From Limisphaerales bacterium (GTDB lineage: Bacteria > Verrucomicrobiota > Verrucomicrobiia > Limisphaerales > UBA11358), in NCBI GenBank assembly GCA_052145735.1, contig JBKQOA010000019.1, positions 2,783 through 66,782 on the forward strand: a stretch of DNA of 64,000 nucleotides, in the 5' to 3' direction. How positions within the stretch are numbered: position 1 is the first letter of the stretch; each line of letters starts with the position of its first letter. Of this stretch, positions 49,407 through 59,486 are shown in pieces. Under the pieces are notes generated by a model. The model made no database searches. It was not told the DNA's origin and saw only the letters and a list, made by a program, of their open reading frames with translations. Position numbers and translations under genes: made by a program.

Positions 49407-49584
49407 CTAATATCAACGAATCCATCACCGCCAATAATAACAACCGAACCGCCGCAGGCAAAAGGGTGGACATCTTTCGCTGAACCTTTTCTGCCGTCAC
49501 GCGTGTGCCTTGTCGGCGTGTCGGCGAAACAAGGCGCGATACATCTTGGCTTTGCTTCGTTACTCTGTTCCTTTGTCGTAAAAG

Positions 49585-50097
49585 ATGAGCAACGAAATTC
49601 TTGACGTCGTCAACGAGCACGACATGGTGATTGACCGCCGGCCGCGGCACGAGGTGCACCGGCTGGGGCTGAAGCACCGCGCCGTGCATGTGCTCGTGTT
49701 CAATGCCCGCGGCGAGGTCTTCCTGCAAAAACGCTCGCTGAAGAAGGACACCGCCGCCGGACTGTGGGATTCGTCGTCGTCCGGCCATGTGGATTCCGGC
49801 GAGGATTACGACGCCTGCGCCGTGCGGGAGTTGCGCGAGGAAATCGGACTGCGGGCCGATGGACCCCCGGAACGGCTTTTCAAAATCGAGGCGCGGCCGG
49901 AAACCGGCTGGGAATTCTGCTGGGTTTACCGCTGCGCCAGCGAGGGGCCCTTTGAGTTGAATCCCGACGAAATCGCGTATGGCGAATGGTTCACGCCGGA
50001 CAAAGTCACCCGCTGGATGGCGGAGAAACCGGGGGACTTTGCCAGCGCCTTCCGGTGGGTTTGGAAATTATTTCTCGCGGTCCGGACACAAACTTGA
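49585..50097 (+). CDS. NUDIX hydrolase (IPP isomerase/YfcD-like)
   Basis: HRAVHVLVFN, GHVDSGEDYDACAVRELREEIG. Confidence 0.9.
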   Translation: MSNEILDVVNEHDMVIDRRPRHEVHRLGLKHRAVHVLVFNARGEVFLQKRSLKKDTAAGLWDSSSSGHVDSGEDYDACAVRELREEIGLRADGPPERLFKIEARPETGWEFCWVYRCASEGPFELNPDEIAYGEWFTPDKVTRWMAEKPGDFASAFRWVWKLFLAVRTQT

Positions 50098-50142
50098 GTT
50101 TCGCTCCTTTACTTGCGGCAAAAATGGGGTAGTTATTTACCC

Positions 50143-50772
50143 ATGCAAGATTTTTTGGTTCCCATTGTCGTCGAGCAGACCGGCCGCGGCGAGCGCAGTT
50201 GGGATATTTACTCGCGCCTGCTCGTGGACCGTATCCTTTTCCTCGGCACGCCCGTGGATGACATGGTCTCGAACGTGGTCATCGCGCAGCTTTTGTTCCT
50301 GCAAATGTCCGATCCCAAAAAAGACATCCATCTCTACATCAACTCGCCGGGCGGCAGCGTCACGGCGGGATTGGCGATTTACGACACCATGCAATATCTC
50401 ACCTGCGACGTGAATACCTATTGCGTCGGGCAGGCGGCCAGCATGGGCGCAGTCCTGCTCGCGGCAGGCACGAAGGGCAAACGTTACGCGCTGCCCAATG
50501 CCCGCATCATGATTCACCAGCCGTGGGGCGGCGTGCAGGGCCAGGCCACCGACATCAGCATTCAGGCCAAGGAAATTCTGCGTCTCAAGGACCGGATCAA
50601 CGAAATCCTCGCCAAGCACACCGGCAAAACCTTCGAAAGCATCGGCAAAGACACCGACCGCGATAATTTCATGTCGGCCGAGGAAGCCAAAAAATACGGC
50701 TTGGTGGATCAGGTCGTGCAATCCCGGAAGGAAATCCCGGGCCTGACGGAGAAAACTTCGGCCCCAGTCTGA
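50143..50772 (+). CDS. clpP: ATP-dependent Clp protease proteolytic subunit
   Basis: [31 protein letters not shown]. Confidence 0.97.
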   Translation: MQDFLVPIVVEQTGRGERSWDIYSRLLVDRILFLGTPVDDMVSNVVIAQLLFLQMSDPKKDIHLYINSPGGSVTAGLAIYDTMQYLTCDVNTYCVGQAASMGAVLLAAGTKGKRYALPNARIMIHQPWGGVQGQATDISIQAKEILRLKDRINEILAKHTGKTFESIGKDTDRDNFMSAEEAKKYGLVDQVVQSRKEIPGLTEKTSAPV

Positions 50773-50805
50773 TTCTGGCCGGCATCATGCTGTCGTAAAT
50801 CCTCC

Positions 50806-52095
50806 GTGGCCCGACCGAATAACATCACCATGTGCAGTTTCTGCGGCAAATCGCACGCGGAAGTGCGCAAACTCATTGCCGGGCCGGATGTTTACATCTG
50901 CGACAACTGCATCATCCTGTGCAAGAATGTCCTCGACCGCGAATTTCAACTTCAGGACCAGAAGAAACAGCCTAAATTCTCCGTGCCCAAGCCGGCGGTC
51001 ATTAAACGGCAACTGGACCTTTATTGCGTCGGCCAGGACCACGCCAAGAAAACGTTGGCCGTGGCGGTGCATAATCATTACAAGCGCATCCAGCCGGAGC
51101 CGGCGGCGAAAAATGACGAAGGCGGCAAGCCTTCACCCCAACCGCATGCTGATGTCGAAATTGAAAAGAGCAACATCCTGATGATCGGGCCGACCGGTTC
51201 CGGCAAAACGCTGCTGGCCCGGACCCTGGCCAAAATCCTCGACGTGCCGTTTGCCATCGCCGACGCGACCACCCTGACCGAGGCCGGTTACGTGGGTGAG
51301 GACGTGGAAAACATTATTTTGCGGCTGTTGCAAAACGCCGATTACGACGTGAAGCGCGCCCAGCGCGGCATCGTTTATATTGACGAAATTGACAAAATCG
51401 CGCGCAAGGCCGATGGCCCGTCCATCACGCGCGACGTTTCGGGCGAGGGCGTGCAACAGGCGCTTTTGAAAATCCTGGAAGGCACGGTCTGCAACGTGCC
51501 CCCGCAGGGCGGCCGCAAACATCCGCAGCAGGAATACATCCGCGTGGACACCACGGACATTTTGTTCATCTGCGGCGGGGCCTTCGTCGGCGTGGAAAAG
51601 GTCATCCAGCGGCGGCTGGGCCGGCACACCATGGGTTTTGGCGCGATTGAGGAATCGAAGAAAGGCGCCAGCGCGGCGCGCGACGAGATTTTGCAGCACA
51701 TCGAGCCGGAGGACCTGCTCAATTTCGGCTTCATTCCCGAATTTGTCGGCCGGCTGCCGGTCGTGACGACGCTCGCCGAATTGACCGAGCCGCAACTGGT
51801 CTCCATTCTCACCGAGCCGAAAAACGCGCTGACGAAACAATACGCCAAACTCATGGCCATGGAAGGCGCGGAGCTGGAATTCACCCCGGATGCCCTGCAT
51901 GAACTGGCCACCCAGGCGCTGAAAAAAGGCACGGGCGCGCGCGCCTTGCGCGGGTTGATTGAAAAACTGATGCTCGATTTGATGTACGAGGCGCCGGACA
52001 ACGGCAGCATCATTCACGTTAAAATCACCCGGCCTGTGGTGCTGGGCGAAAGCAAACCGATCGTGCGGCGCAAACAGGATCAGGAAGCTGCCTGA
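50806..52095 (+). CDS. clpX: ATP-dependent Clp protease ATPase
   Basis: CSFCGK zinc finger, [32 protein letters not shown]. Confidence 0.98.
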   Translation: MARPNNITMCSFCGKSHAEVRKLIAGPDVYICDNCIILCKNVLDREFQLQDQKKQPKFSVPKPAVIKRQLDLYCVGQDHAKKTLAVAVHNHYKRIQPEPAAKNDEGGKPSPQPHADVEIEKSNILMIGPTGSGKTLLARTLAKILDVPFAIADATTLTEAGYVGEDVENIILRLLQNADYDVKRAQRGIVYIDEIDKIARKADGPSITRDVSGEGVQQALLKILEGTVCNVPPQGGRKHPQQEYIRVDTTDILFICGGAFVGVEKVIQRRLGRHTMGFGAIEESKKGASAARDEILQHIEPEDLLNFGFIPEFVGRLPVVTTLAELTEPQLVSILTEPKNALTKQYAKLMAMEGAELEFTPDALHELATQALKKGTGARALRGLIEKLMLDLMYEAPDNGSIIHVKITRPVVLGESKPIVRRKQDQEAA

Positions 52096-52107
52096 ACCCG
52101 AAGCCGG

Positions 52108-52545
52108 TCACTCACCGATATCTTCGTTCCAAAGCTCCGGGCGCGCCTGGATGAAATCGCGCATGAGTTCGATGCAGGTTGGGTCCTGCAGCACCTCCAC
52201 CGTCACGCCTTGCGCACGGATGTATTCCTCCGGTCCTTGAAAAGTTTTGCTTTCTCCAACGACCACGCGCGGAATTTTATAGAGCAAAATCGCGCCGCTG
52301 CACATCGGACACGGCGAAAGCGTTGAATACAGCACACAGCGTCGATAGACCGACGCCTTGAGCCGGCCGGCATTTTCCAGGCAATTCATTTCCGCATGAT
52401 GAATCACGCTGCCGCGCTGCACCCGCTGGTTGTGGCCGCGCCCGATGATTTTGCCGTCCAGCACCAGCACCGAACCGATGGGGATGCCGCCTGCCGCCAG
52501 CCCTTTTCGGGCTTCGTCAATCGCCGCCTGGAGAAAAGCGTCCAC
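52108..52545 (-). CDS. Cytosine/nucleoside deaminase
   Basis: HAE and PCPMC zinc motifs; WNEDIGE terminus. Confidence 0.9.
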   Translation of the reverse strand: MDAFLQAAIDEARKGLAAGGIPIGSVLVLDGKIIGRGHNQRVQRGSVIHHAEMNCLENAGRLKASVYRRCVLYSTLSPCPMCSGAILLYKIPRVVVGESKTFQGPEEYIRAQGVTVEVLQDPTCIELMRDFIQARPELWNEDIGE

Positions 52546-52580
52546 GTGCGGATTGAAACACTTTTTCGGAGGAATAACAA

Positions 52581-52632
52581 GGCAGGGCCTGCGCGCTGCG
52601 CTGTCCGGACACCGCAGCGCGGCGTCCCTGCC
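52581..52632. repeat. Intergenic REP-like doublet
   Basis: GGCAGGGCCTGCGCGCTGCGCTGTCC / GGACACCGCAGCGCGGCGTCCCTGCC inverted arms. Confidence 0.8.
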
Positions 52633-52635
52633 GTT

Positions 52636-53613
52636 TTATCGGGCAAAAATCTGGCGGATCACGTCCTCAATCGGCACTTCCTGGATGTCAATGTCGCTCA
52701 CGGGCAGTTCGTCCAGCAGCGCCTTGCACGCCGGAATGACGCGGTCGCGTTTGACCTTGAGCGTGATGGCGCCGGGAGTTTTTTCGACGACTTCACCGTA
52801 ACGAGCCAGATTTTCCGCCGGGTAATCGTTCGCCTTTTCACACTGAATCGTGACGAATTTGAAATCAGCGAATCGATCCACGATTTCGCTGAGTTTGCCG
52901 TCGAAGAAGATTTTGCCGTGGTCAATGATGATGACGCGGTCGCAAAGCGCCTGGATGTCGGCCATGTAATGGCTGGTGAGCAAAATGGTGGTTTGTTGCT
53001 CCGCGTTGTGACGGCGGATGAATTCGCGGACCACCTTCTGGGAAACGACATCCAGGCCGATGGTCGGTTCGTCGAGGAACAACACCTTGGGCTGGTGCAG
53101 CAGCGAGGCGATCAACTCCATCTTCATGCGTTCGCCGAGCGAAAGCTCGCGCACGCTGATGTTGAGCTTGTCGCGGACGCTGAGCATTTCGCTCATCTCG
53201 GCGATGGTGCGCTCGAAGCGGTCGGCGGGGATGCCGTAAATTTTTGCGTTCAGTTCGAGCGATTCACGCGCGGGCAGGTCCCACCAAAGCTGGTTTTTCT
53301 GGCCGAGCACGAGCGCGAACTGGCGGCGGTAGCCGTCGGCGCGCTCCCACGGGACGTAACCGAGCACGCGGGCCGAGCCGCCGGTGGGATAAAGCAGGCC
53401 GGCGAGCATCTTGAGCGTGGTGGTCTTGCCCGCTCCGTTCGGGCCGAGAAAACCGACGAGTTCGCCGGGCTCGATCTTGAAGCTGACGTTGTTGACGGCA
53501 ACAAGTTGCTCGTACTGGCGGTGAAAAAGCCCCTTGATCGCGCCGGCAAACCCCGGCTGCTTTTTATAAGTGCGAAAGGTCTTGGTCAGACCGCTGACTT
53601 CAATGACCGGCAT
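52636..53613 (-). CDS. ABC transporter ATP-binding protein
   Basis: GPNGAGKTT, LSLGERMK, LFLDEPTIGLD. Confidence 0.94.
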   Translation of the reverse strand: MPVIEVSGLTKTFRTYKKQPGFAGAIKGLFHRQYEQLVAVNNVSFKIEPGELVGFLGPNGAGKTTTLKMLAGLLYPTGGSARVLGYVPWERADGYRRQFALVLGQKNQLWWDLPARESLELNAKIYGIPADRFERTIAEMSEMLSVRDKLNISVRELSLGERMKMELIASLLHQPKVLFLDEPTIGLDVVSQKVVREFIRRHNAEQQTTILLTSHYMADIQALCDRVIIIDHGKIFFDGKLSEIVDRFADFKFVTIQCEKANDYPAENLARYGEVVEKTPGAITLKVKRDRVIPACKALLDELPVSDIDIQEVPIEDVIRQIFAR

Positions 53614-53617
53614 TGGA

Positions 53618-53670
53618 CAAGTTTCAAGTTTCAAGTTTTTGTTCAACTGAAAACTGCGAACACTTGAAAC
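53618..53670. repeat. Opposed heptamer arrays (CAAGTTT / AAACT)
   Basis: CAAGTTT x3, then AACTGAAAACTGCGAACACTTGAAAC, filling the gap between dnaA and the ABC gene. Confidence 0.78.
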
Positions 53671-55031
53671 TACCGCATCAACTGCTTCTCGAGATAATGG
53701 ACCACCTGACGCACGTTGGCGTCCACCTCCATGCGGTCTTTGACGAGGCGGCAGGCATGCAACACCGTGCCGTGATCACGTCCACCGAAGGCTTCGCCAA
53801 TGGTGTTGAGCGAGCTTTCCGTCATCTGACGGGAGAGAAACATCGCCACCTGACGCGGAAACGCAATGTTTTCCGGCCGGCGCTTGCTGGTCATGTCCGC
53901 CAGGCGGATGTCAAAGTGCTCGGCCACCTTTTTCTGGATGACCTCGATGCTGATGGACAGGCGGCCTTCCTCGTGCAGGATTTCGCGCAGCAGCCCCTCG
54001 ACAACTTCGATGGTCAGCTTCTTGCCGGTGAGCGACGCGTAGGAAGCCACGCGGATGAGCGCGCCTTCAAGCCGGCGGACGTTGGTGCGGATGCGATTGG
54101 CCAGAAAATTCATGACATCCTCCGGCAACGTTACGCCCATGAGTTGCGCCTTCTTGTTGAGAATGGCGAGGCGCATTTCAACGTCCGGCGGCTGCAGGTC
54201 CGTCACCAGCCCCCACTCGAAGCGGGAAACGAGGCGGTGTTCGAGCCCCTGGATTTCGCTGGCCGGGCGGTCGCAGGTGAGCACGATTTGCTTGTGCGAC
54301 TCGTGCAGGGCGTTGAAGGTGTGGAAAAACTCCTCCTGGATGCGTTCCTTGCCGGCGAGAAATTGAATGTCGTCAATCAGCAACACGTCGGTCTGGCGGT
54401 ATTTCTTGCGGAATTTGACGAGCAGATTGTTCTGAATGGCGTCAATGTATTCGTTGGTGAACTTCTCGGATGAAACATAGGCCACCCGCGCGCCTTTCTT
54501 GCTGCCGGCGACGTGTTGCCCGATGGCATGAAGCAGATGGGTTTTGCCCAAGCCGACCCCGCCGTAAAGGAAAAGCGGGTTGTAGGATTTGCCGGGCGCT
54601 TGCGCCACCGCTAGGGCGGCGGCATAGGCAAAGTTGTTGTTGTTGCCCACCACGAATGATTCAAAGGTGTTTTTGGGATTGAAATGCAGTTCGCTGTTGG
54701 TCGAACGTTCATGGGCGGGTTCGGCCGCTCTGGTCGATTTGACCAGGGCGGGCTGGGGCGCGGTGAGGACCGGCGCGCCACCCGCGGCGATTTTGAATTT
54801 GATCTGCAATTCGCGACCGGCGGCGGTGGCAAAGGCGTCCTGCAGGAGACTGAGGTAATTGTCCTTGAGCCACACTCCGCAAAATTCGTTTGCCGCCTCC
54901 AGCGTGACATGGGTGCCGTCAATGGCACAGGCCCGCAGCGGCGCGAACCACATGTTGTAGGTGTCGTTATTCAGCTTGGAACGCAGGTGTTCCCGTGCGG
55001 AATTCCAAATCTTTTCAGCCGAAAGTTGCAT
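53670..55031 (-). CDS. dnaA: Chromosomal replication initiator DnaA
   Basis: YNPLFLYGGVGLGKTHL, LLIDDIQF, QEEFFHTFN, RRLEGAL, FGGRDHGTVLHA. Confidence 0.98.
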   Translation of the reverse strand: MQLSAEKIWNSAREHLRSKLNNDTYNMWFAPLRACAIDGTHVTLEAANEFCGVWLKDNYLSLLQDAFATAAGRELQIKFKIAAGGAPVLTAPQPALVKSTRAAEPAHERSTNSELHFNPKNTFESFVVGNNNNFAYAAALAVAQAPGKSYNPLFLYGGVGLGKTHLLHAIGQHVAGSKKGARVAYVSSEKFTNEYIDAIQNNLLVKFRKKYRQTDVLLIDDIQFLAGKERIQEEFFHTFNALHESHKQIVLTCDRPASEIQGLEHRLVSRFEWGLVTDLQPPDVEMRLAILNKKAQLMGVTLPEDVMNFLANRIRTNVRRLEGALIRVASYASLTGKKLTIEVVEGLLREILHEEGRLSISIEVIQKKVAEHFDIRLADMTSKRRPENIAFPRQVAMFLSRQMTESSLNTIGEAFGGRDHGTVLHACRLVKDRMEVDANVRQVVHYLEKQLMR

Positions 55032-55059
55032 TTGTACCTTATCAAAAAGCCCGTTATTT

Positions 55060-55375
55060 AAGCGGTTTATTCACCTGGCTTCCAACCCGGGGTTGGTCGT
55101 CGGTTTCCACCAATGATGCCTTGGCCACAAGCCATCGTCCGGATAAAGCAGCCGCCCGTTTGATTCGATTTGCCAAAGGCTTCATTTTATTCTTAAAACA
55201 AACTGCTTGCTTTCAACAACTTACGAACAACAAAATTCACAACACCACCGTTTGTCTGGTCAAAATGATGAAACGCCCCAAACAACTTCAATCAACGTGA
55301 GCGTTTTATGTCATTGGACCGAAAGTTTCTAGGATAACATATTAACTTTTGTTCACGAGTTATTCACAGGGGCCG
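55060..55375. promoter_or_regulatory. AT-rich dnaA upstream region with DnaA-box-like 9-mers (autoregulation or oriC candidate)
   Basis: TTATTCACA at 55360-55368, TTATTCACC at 55067-55075, plus weaker TTGTTCACG, TTGGCCACA, CCGGATAA, TAGGATAA. Confidence 0.6.
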
Positions 55376-55426
55376 GAATCAAAGTTTTGTTTGTTTTCCT
55401 TCATGTTTTGATGCGTGACACCTGAT

Positions 55427-55795
<369 letters not shown>

Positions 55796-55989
55796 TCAAA
55801 TGATTTTAACACCGGGACCCGGACTGTAAACAGGAATTTTCGCCAGCCCCATTCCGGGCCGGTTAATTGACGCAACCTCCCTGAAATCAACGGTCAGGAC
55901 GCGCCGTCTAATCAAATGGCCCGTCGTCTTTATATTATCTAATACTTTGACTATGCTGTTTGACAAAAATTAGAAGTTATGATTAATTG

Positions 55990-56165
55990 GCGCAGTGCAA
56001 GGCGGAACAGGGGGCGGTTGCACAGTGTTCTTTGATTTTTAACTGATTTCGATCTGCGTTTTGGTACAAACCCAGATTGGAGTTCTCCGTAATCCTACGT
56101 TGTACTCATTCAAAAATTCCCCGGGTCTCTCGGTCACCCTCTGGCTGTTTGACCCGGTTTTTCTT
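55990..56165 (+). ncRNA. Candidate structured small RNA
   Basis: Upstream TTGACA at 55960; three stem-loops, the last followed by a T tract; ileS has its own promoter downstream. Confidence 0.35.
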
Positions 56166-56208
56166 CTCTATTTTGACCGTTTCCAACAAATTCAGCCTTG
56201 GGCCCTCG

Positions 56209-56237
56209 TTGACACTGCATTTAGCGGCTGTTACCGT
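56209..56237 (+). promoter_or_regulatory. Sigma70-like promoter of ileS
   Basis: TTGACA-17 bp-TACCGT with extended TG, just upstream of ATG 56251. Confidence 0.6.
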
Positions 56238-56250
56238 TCGCGCTTCTAAA

Positions 56251-59175
56251 ATGGCGACGGACTATAAAAATACGCTCAACCTGCCGCAAACCGGCTTTCC
56301 CATGAAGGCCGACCTCGTCGCCCGGGAACCGGAACGGCTTGAAAAATGGGAAACGGCCGGCCTTTACTCAAAAATCCAGGCCCTGCGTGTCGGCGCGGAA
56401 AAATTTGTCCTGCACGATGGCCCGCCCTTTGCCAACGGCGATGTCCATATTGGCACCGCGCTGAACAAGATCCTCAAGGACATCATCATCAAATACAAAT
56501 CCCTGCGTGGCTTCAACGCACCCTACATCCCCGGCTGGGATTGTCACGGTCTGCCCATCGAGTTCAAGGTCTCGCAGGAAATGCGCAAGGCGGGCGACAC
56601 CAGTGCCGACGCCGCCACCATCCGCAAGGCCTGTGAAGCCTATGCCCGCAAATACATTGATATCCAGCGGACCCAGTTCAAACGCCTCGGCGTGCTGGGC
56701 GATTGGGACAATCCGTATCTCACCCTGGACAAGGAATACGAAGCCGACGAACTGCGCCTGTTTGCCGACATCGTCGAAAAAGGTTTCGTGTATCGCGGCA
56801 AAAAGCCGGTTTATTGGAGCATTCCCTGCCGCACCGCGCTGGCTGAGGCCGAGGTGGAATATCACGACCACGTCAGCCAGAGCATTTACGTGAAATTTCC
56901 GGTCGTCGGCGAGCCTGGCACGTTTGTCCTAATCTGGACGACGACACCTTGGACGCTCCCGGCCAATCTGGCTGTGGCGTACAACGACAAATTCCAATAC
57001 GTCCAGGTCGAAGTCGGCGGCGAAAAATATATTTTGTTTCGCGGGTTGCTGCCCGTGGTCGCCGAAAAATGCGGCTGGAGCGGTTTTAAGGAGCAGCCGT
57101 TCCCCGCGGAAAAACTGGCCGCCCTGCAATTTCAGCATCCGTTTTGCAGCCGCACCGGCAAGTTCCATCCGGCCGAATTTGTCACCAGCGACACCGGCAC
57201 GGGCTTCGTTCACATCGCCCCCGGCCATGGCTTGGAAGATTACGGCCTCGGCTCGAAGGTGGGGCTGCCGATTTACTCGCCGGTGGACGACGACGGCAAA
57301 TTCGCCCACACGAATGATTTGCCCGTGGACCAGCAGATGCCCGCCGGGATGGTCGGCAAATCCATCCTCGAAAAACATGGCAAGAGCGACGCGAACGAGG
57401 CCGTCTTGCACGAATTGCGGGTCCGCCACGCACTGCTCCACCAGGAAAACTATCACCACAGTTATCCGCACTGCTGGCGCAGCAAAACACCAATCATCTT
57501 CCGCGCCATGGACCAGTGGTTCATCGAAATCGACCACGTAGCCGCGCTTGTCAAAGCGCGGACTGAATCTTCCGCCGGCAGCGCCCGCGTTTTGACAAAC
57601 GCGGCTACGTTCCGTCAGGAAGCGATCGCCGAAATTGACCGCGTGAAATGGGTGCCGGACTGGGGCGTCAATCGCATCAAAAGCGCGGTGCAGACCCGCC
57701 CGGACTGGTGCATTTCCCGCCAGCGAACCTGGGGCGTGCCGATTCCCGCGTTTTACGACACCAAGGGTGAACCGATTCTTGACGCCCAAATCGTCCGCCA
57801 CGCCGCCGATTTGATTGAAAAAAACGGCTCGAACGTCTGGTTTGAAAAAACCGCCGCCGAGCTCTGGTCGCTCGTAAAACCCAAGGATTGGAAAGGCGCG
57901 GAGCCTGTCGCCAAATCCAACGACACGCTCGATGTGTGGATTGATTCGGGTTCGTCCTCGCGCTCGGTGTTGATGCGGCGGGCGGAACTTTCTCATTCCG
58001 CAATCCGCAATCCGCAATCCGCATTGGACTGGCAGGCCGACGTTTACCTCGAAGGCAGCGACCAGCATCGCGGCTGGTTCCAATCATCGTTGCTGCTGTC
58101 GCTGGCGGGCAACGGCGCCGCGCCGTTCAGGAAGGTGCTCACGCATGGATTCATGGTGGATGCCGACCGTGAAAAAATTTCCAAGAGCAAACAGGACCAG
58201 GGCATTTATGAAAAACCACAGACCGCCGAAGCATACATAAAAAAGCACGGCGCAGACATCGTCCGCCTGTGGGTGGCGTCGCAGGACTACCGCAACGACA
58301 TCGTCGTGAGCGAGGAACGCATCGCCAAGGTCGCCGAGACCTATCGCGGCATCCGCAACGCCCTGCGCTACCAGCTTTCAAACCTTTACGACTTCGATCC
58401 GGCAAAGCACGCCGTGCCCGACGACAAGCTGACCGGTCTTGACCGCTGGATTCTCGGTGAATTTTCGAAGCTGGAGCAGGAGGTCATCAAGGCCTACGAC
58501 GACTACGAATTCCATGTGGTTTATCAAAAAGTCAGCCAGTTCGTGGCTGTGGAGTTGTCCTCGATCTACCACGACGTCATCAAGGACCGGCTTTACACCG
58601 ACCCGGCCAATTCGCATCGCCGCCGCTCGACCCAGACCACGCTGCACCGGCTCGTAACCGGTCTGTGCCAGATGCTCGCACCGATCCTTGCGTTCACGGC
58701 GGATGAAGCGTGGGAATTTGTGCCGGGGAAAAAGGTGAATTCGGTTCATGAAGCGAATTTGGAAAATGTAGAATTTAATTTGACCAATTCTGAGCAAATT
58801 GCGTGGAAGACATTGTTTAGACTACGCGAAACTGTGTTGCCGAAACTTGAAGAGAAGCGTCAGCAAAAGATGATTGGCAAATCGCTAGATGTACATGTTT
58901 ACACCATCTTCGCTCCGAACGTGGCAGCACAGGCGACGATTGATATTGTTAAAAAATATCAGCATGAGTTCAAAGAATTGCTAAATATTTCCCAATTTAC
59001 ATTTAAACAAGATGTGTCAGGACAATTTAGCGGCGAAATAGATTTTAATGTTTTTCAGGCCGACGGCCAGAAATGCGAGCGCTGCTGGCATTGGGAAACG
59101 GATGTTGGCTCGAATTCCGAGCATCCAACGATTTGCAGCCGTTGCGTGGAAGCTGTGTTGCAATTCAAGGCGTAA
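56251..59175 (+). CDS. ileS: Isoleucine--tRNA ligase
   Basis: LHDGPPFANGDVHIG, PGWDCHGLPIE, WTTTPWTLP, EGSDQHRGWF, KISKS, CERCW...CSRC. Confidence 0.98.
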   Translation: MATDYKNTLNLPQTGFPMKADLVAREPERLEKWETAGLYSKIQALRVGAEKFVLHDGPPFANGDVHIGTALNKILKDIIIKYKSLRGFNAPYIPGWDCHGLPIEFKVSQEMRKAGDTSADAATIRKACEAYARKYIDIQRTQFKRLGVLGDWDNPYLTLDKEYEADELRLFADIVEKGFVYRGKKPVYWSIPCRTALAEAEVEYHDHVSQSIYVKFPVVGEPGTFVLIWTTTPWTLPANLAVAYNDKFQYVQVEVGGEKYILFRGLLPVVAEKCGWSGFKEQPFPAEKLAALQFQHPFCSRTGKFHPAEFVTSDTGTGFVHIAPGHGLEDYGLGSKVGLPIYSPVDDDGKFAHTNDLPVDQQMPAGMVGKSILEKHGKSDANEAVLHELRVRHALLHQENYHHSYPHCWRSKTPIIFRAMDQWFIEIDHVAALVKARTESSAGSARVLTNAATFRQEAIAEIDRVKWVPDWGVNRIKSAVQTRPDWCISRQRTWGVPIPAFYDTKGEPILDAQIVRHAADLIEKNGSNVWFEKTAAELWSLVKPKDWKGAEPVAKSNDTLDVWIDSGSSSRSVLMRRAELSHSAIRNPQSALDWQADVYLEGSDQHRGWFQSSLLLSLAGNGAAPFRKVLTHGFMVDADREKISKSKQDQGIYEKPQTAEAYIKKHGADIVRLWVASQDYRNDIVVSEERIAKVAETYRGIRNALRYQLSNLYDFDPAKHAVPDDKLTGLDRWILGEFSKLEQEVIKAYDDYEFHVVYQKVSQFVAVELSSIYHDVIKDRLYTDPANSHRRRSTQTTLHRLVTGLCQMLAPILAFTADEAWEFVPGKKVNSVHEANLENVEFNLTNSEQIAWKTLFRLRETVLPKLEEKRQQKMIGKSLDVHVYTIFAPNVAAQATIDIVKKYQHEFKELLNISQFTFKQDVSGQFSGEIDFNVFQADGQKCERCWHWETDVGSNSEHPTICSRCVEAVLQFKA
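57536..57610. repeat. GTAG-type REP doublet inside ileS (75 bp)
   Basis: ACGTAG-CCGCGCTTGTCAAAGCGCGG-N23-CCGCGTTTTGACAAACGCGG-CTACGT. Confidence 0.9.
57995..58025. repeat. Heptamer array (AATCCGC) inside ileS
   Basis: ATTCCGC AATCCGC AATCCGC AATCCGC ATT encoding HSAIRNPQSAL. Confidence 0.85.
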
Positions 59176-59196
59176 TTGAGTCGGTAAAGATTTTTC

Positions 59197-59399
59197 AGCC
59201 TCACCGAGGTATCAGACAATAGCCCGCAGTTTCAACTGCGGGTTTGCGTTCCCAAAACCAATCAAGCCCCGGCGGGGCGAAAGAAATTGGGGTTGAAATT
59301 ATTACACCGTTTTCCGCCGTCCCTCCGGGACTCATTTCATTTTGTTCGTAAAACCCACGGTTGAAACCGTGGGCTATTGCCTTCCGTCGCTCCGCGGCT
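59197..59399. repeat. Composite ~200 bp inverted repeat of REP-like hairpins
   Basis: ATAGCCCGCAGTTTCAACTGCGGG...AGCCCCGGCGGGGCGAAAGAAA vs TTTCCGCCGTCCCTCCGGGACT...CCCACGGTTGAAACCGTGGGCTAT. Confidence 0.85.
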
Positions 59400-59486
59400 T
59401 TCATTCCGGCTGTCCGGAACAATTCCACGGGAGAACACGCCTGGCGCCGGCCAATGCTTCCGCCTCGTTACGCCGGCGTCTGCTTC

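Noticed and set aside
55990-56250. T-box riboswitch for ileS; 62 aa ORF at 56061-56249
   Set aside because: No T-box consensus, ileS has a proximal promoter, and the ORF has no protein-like features.
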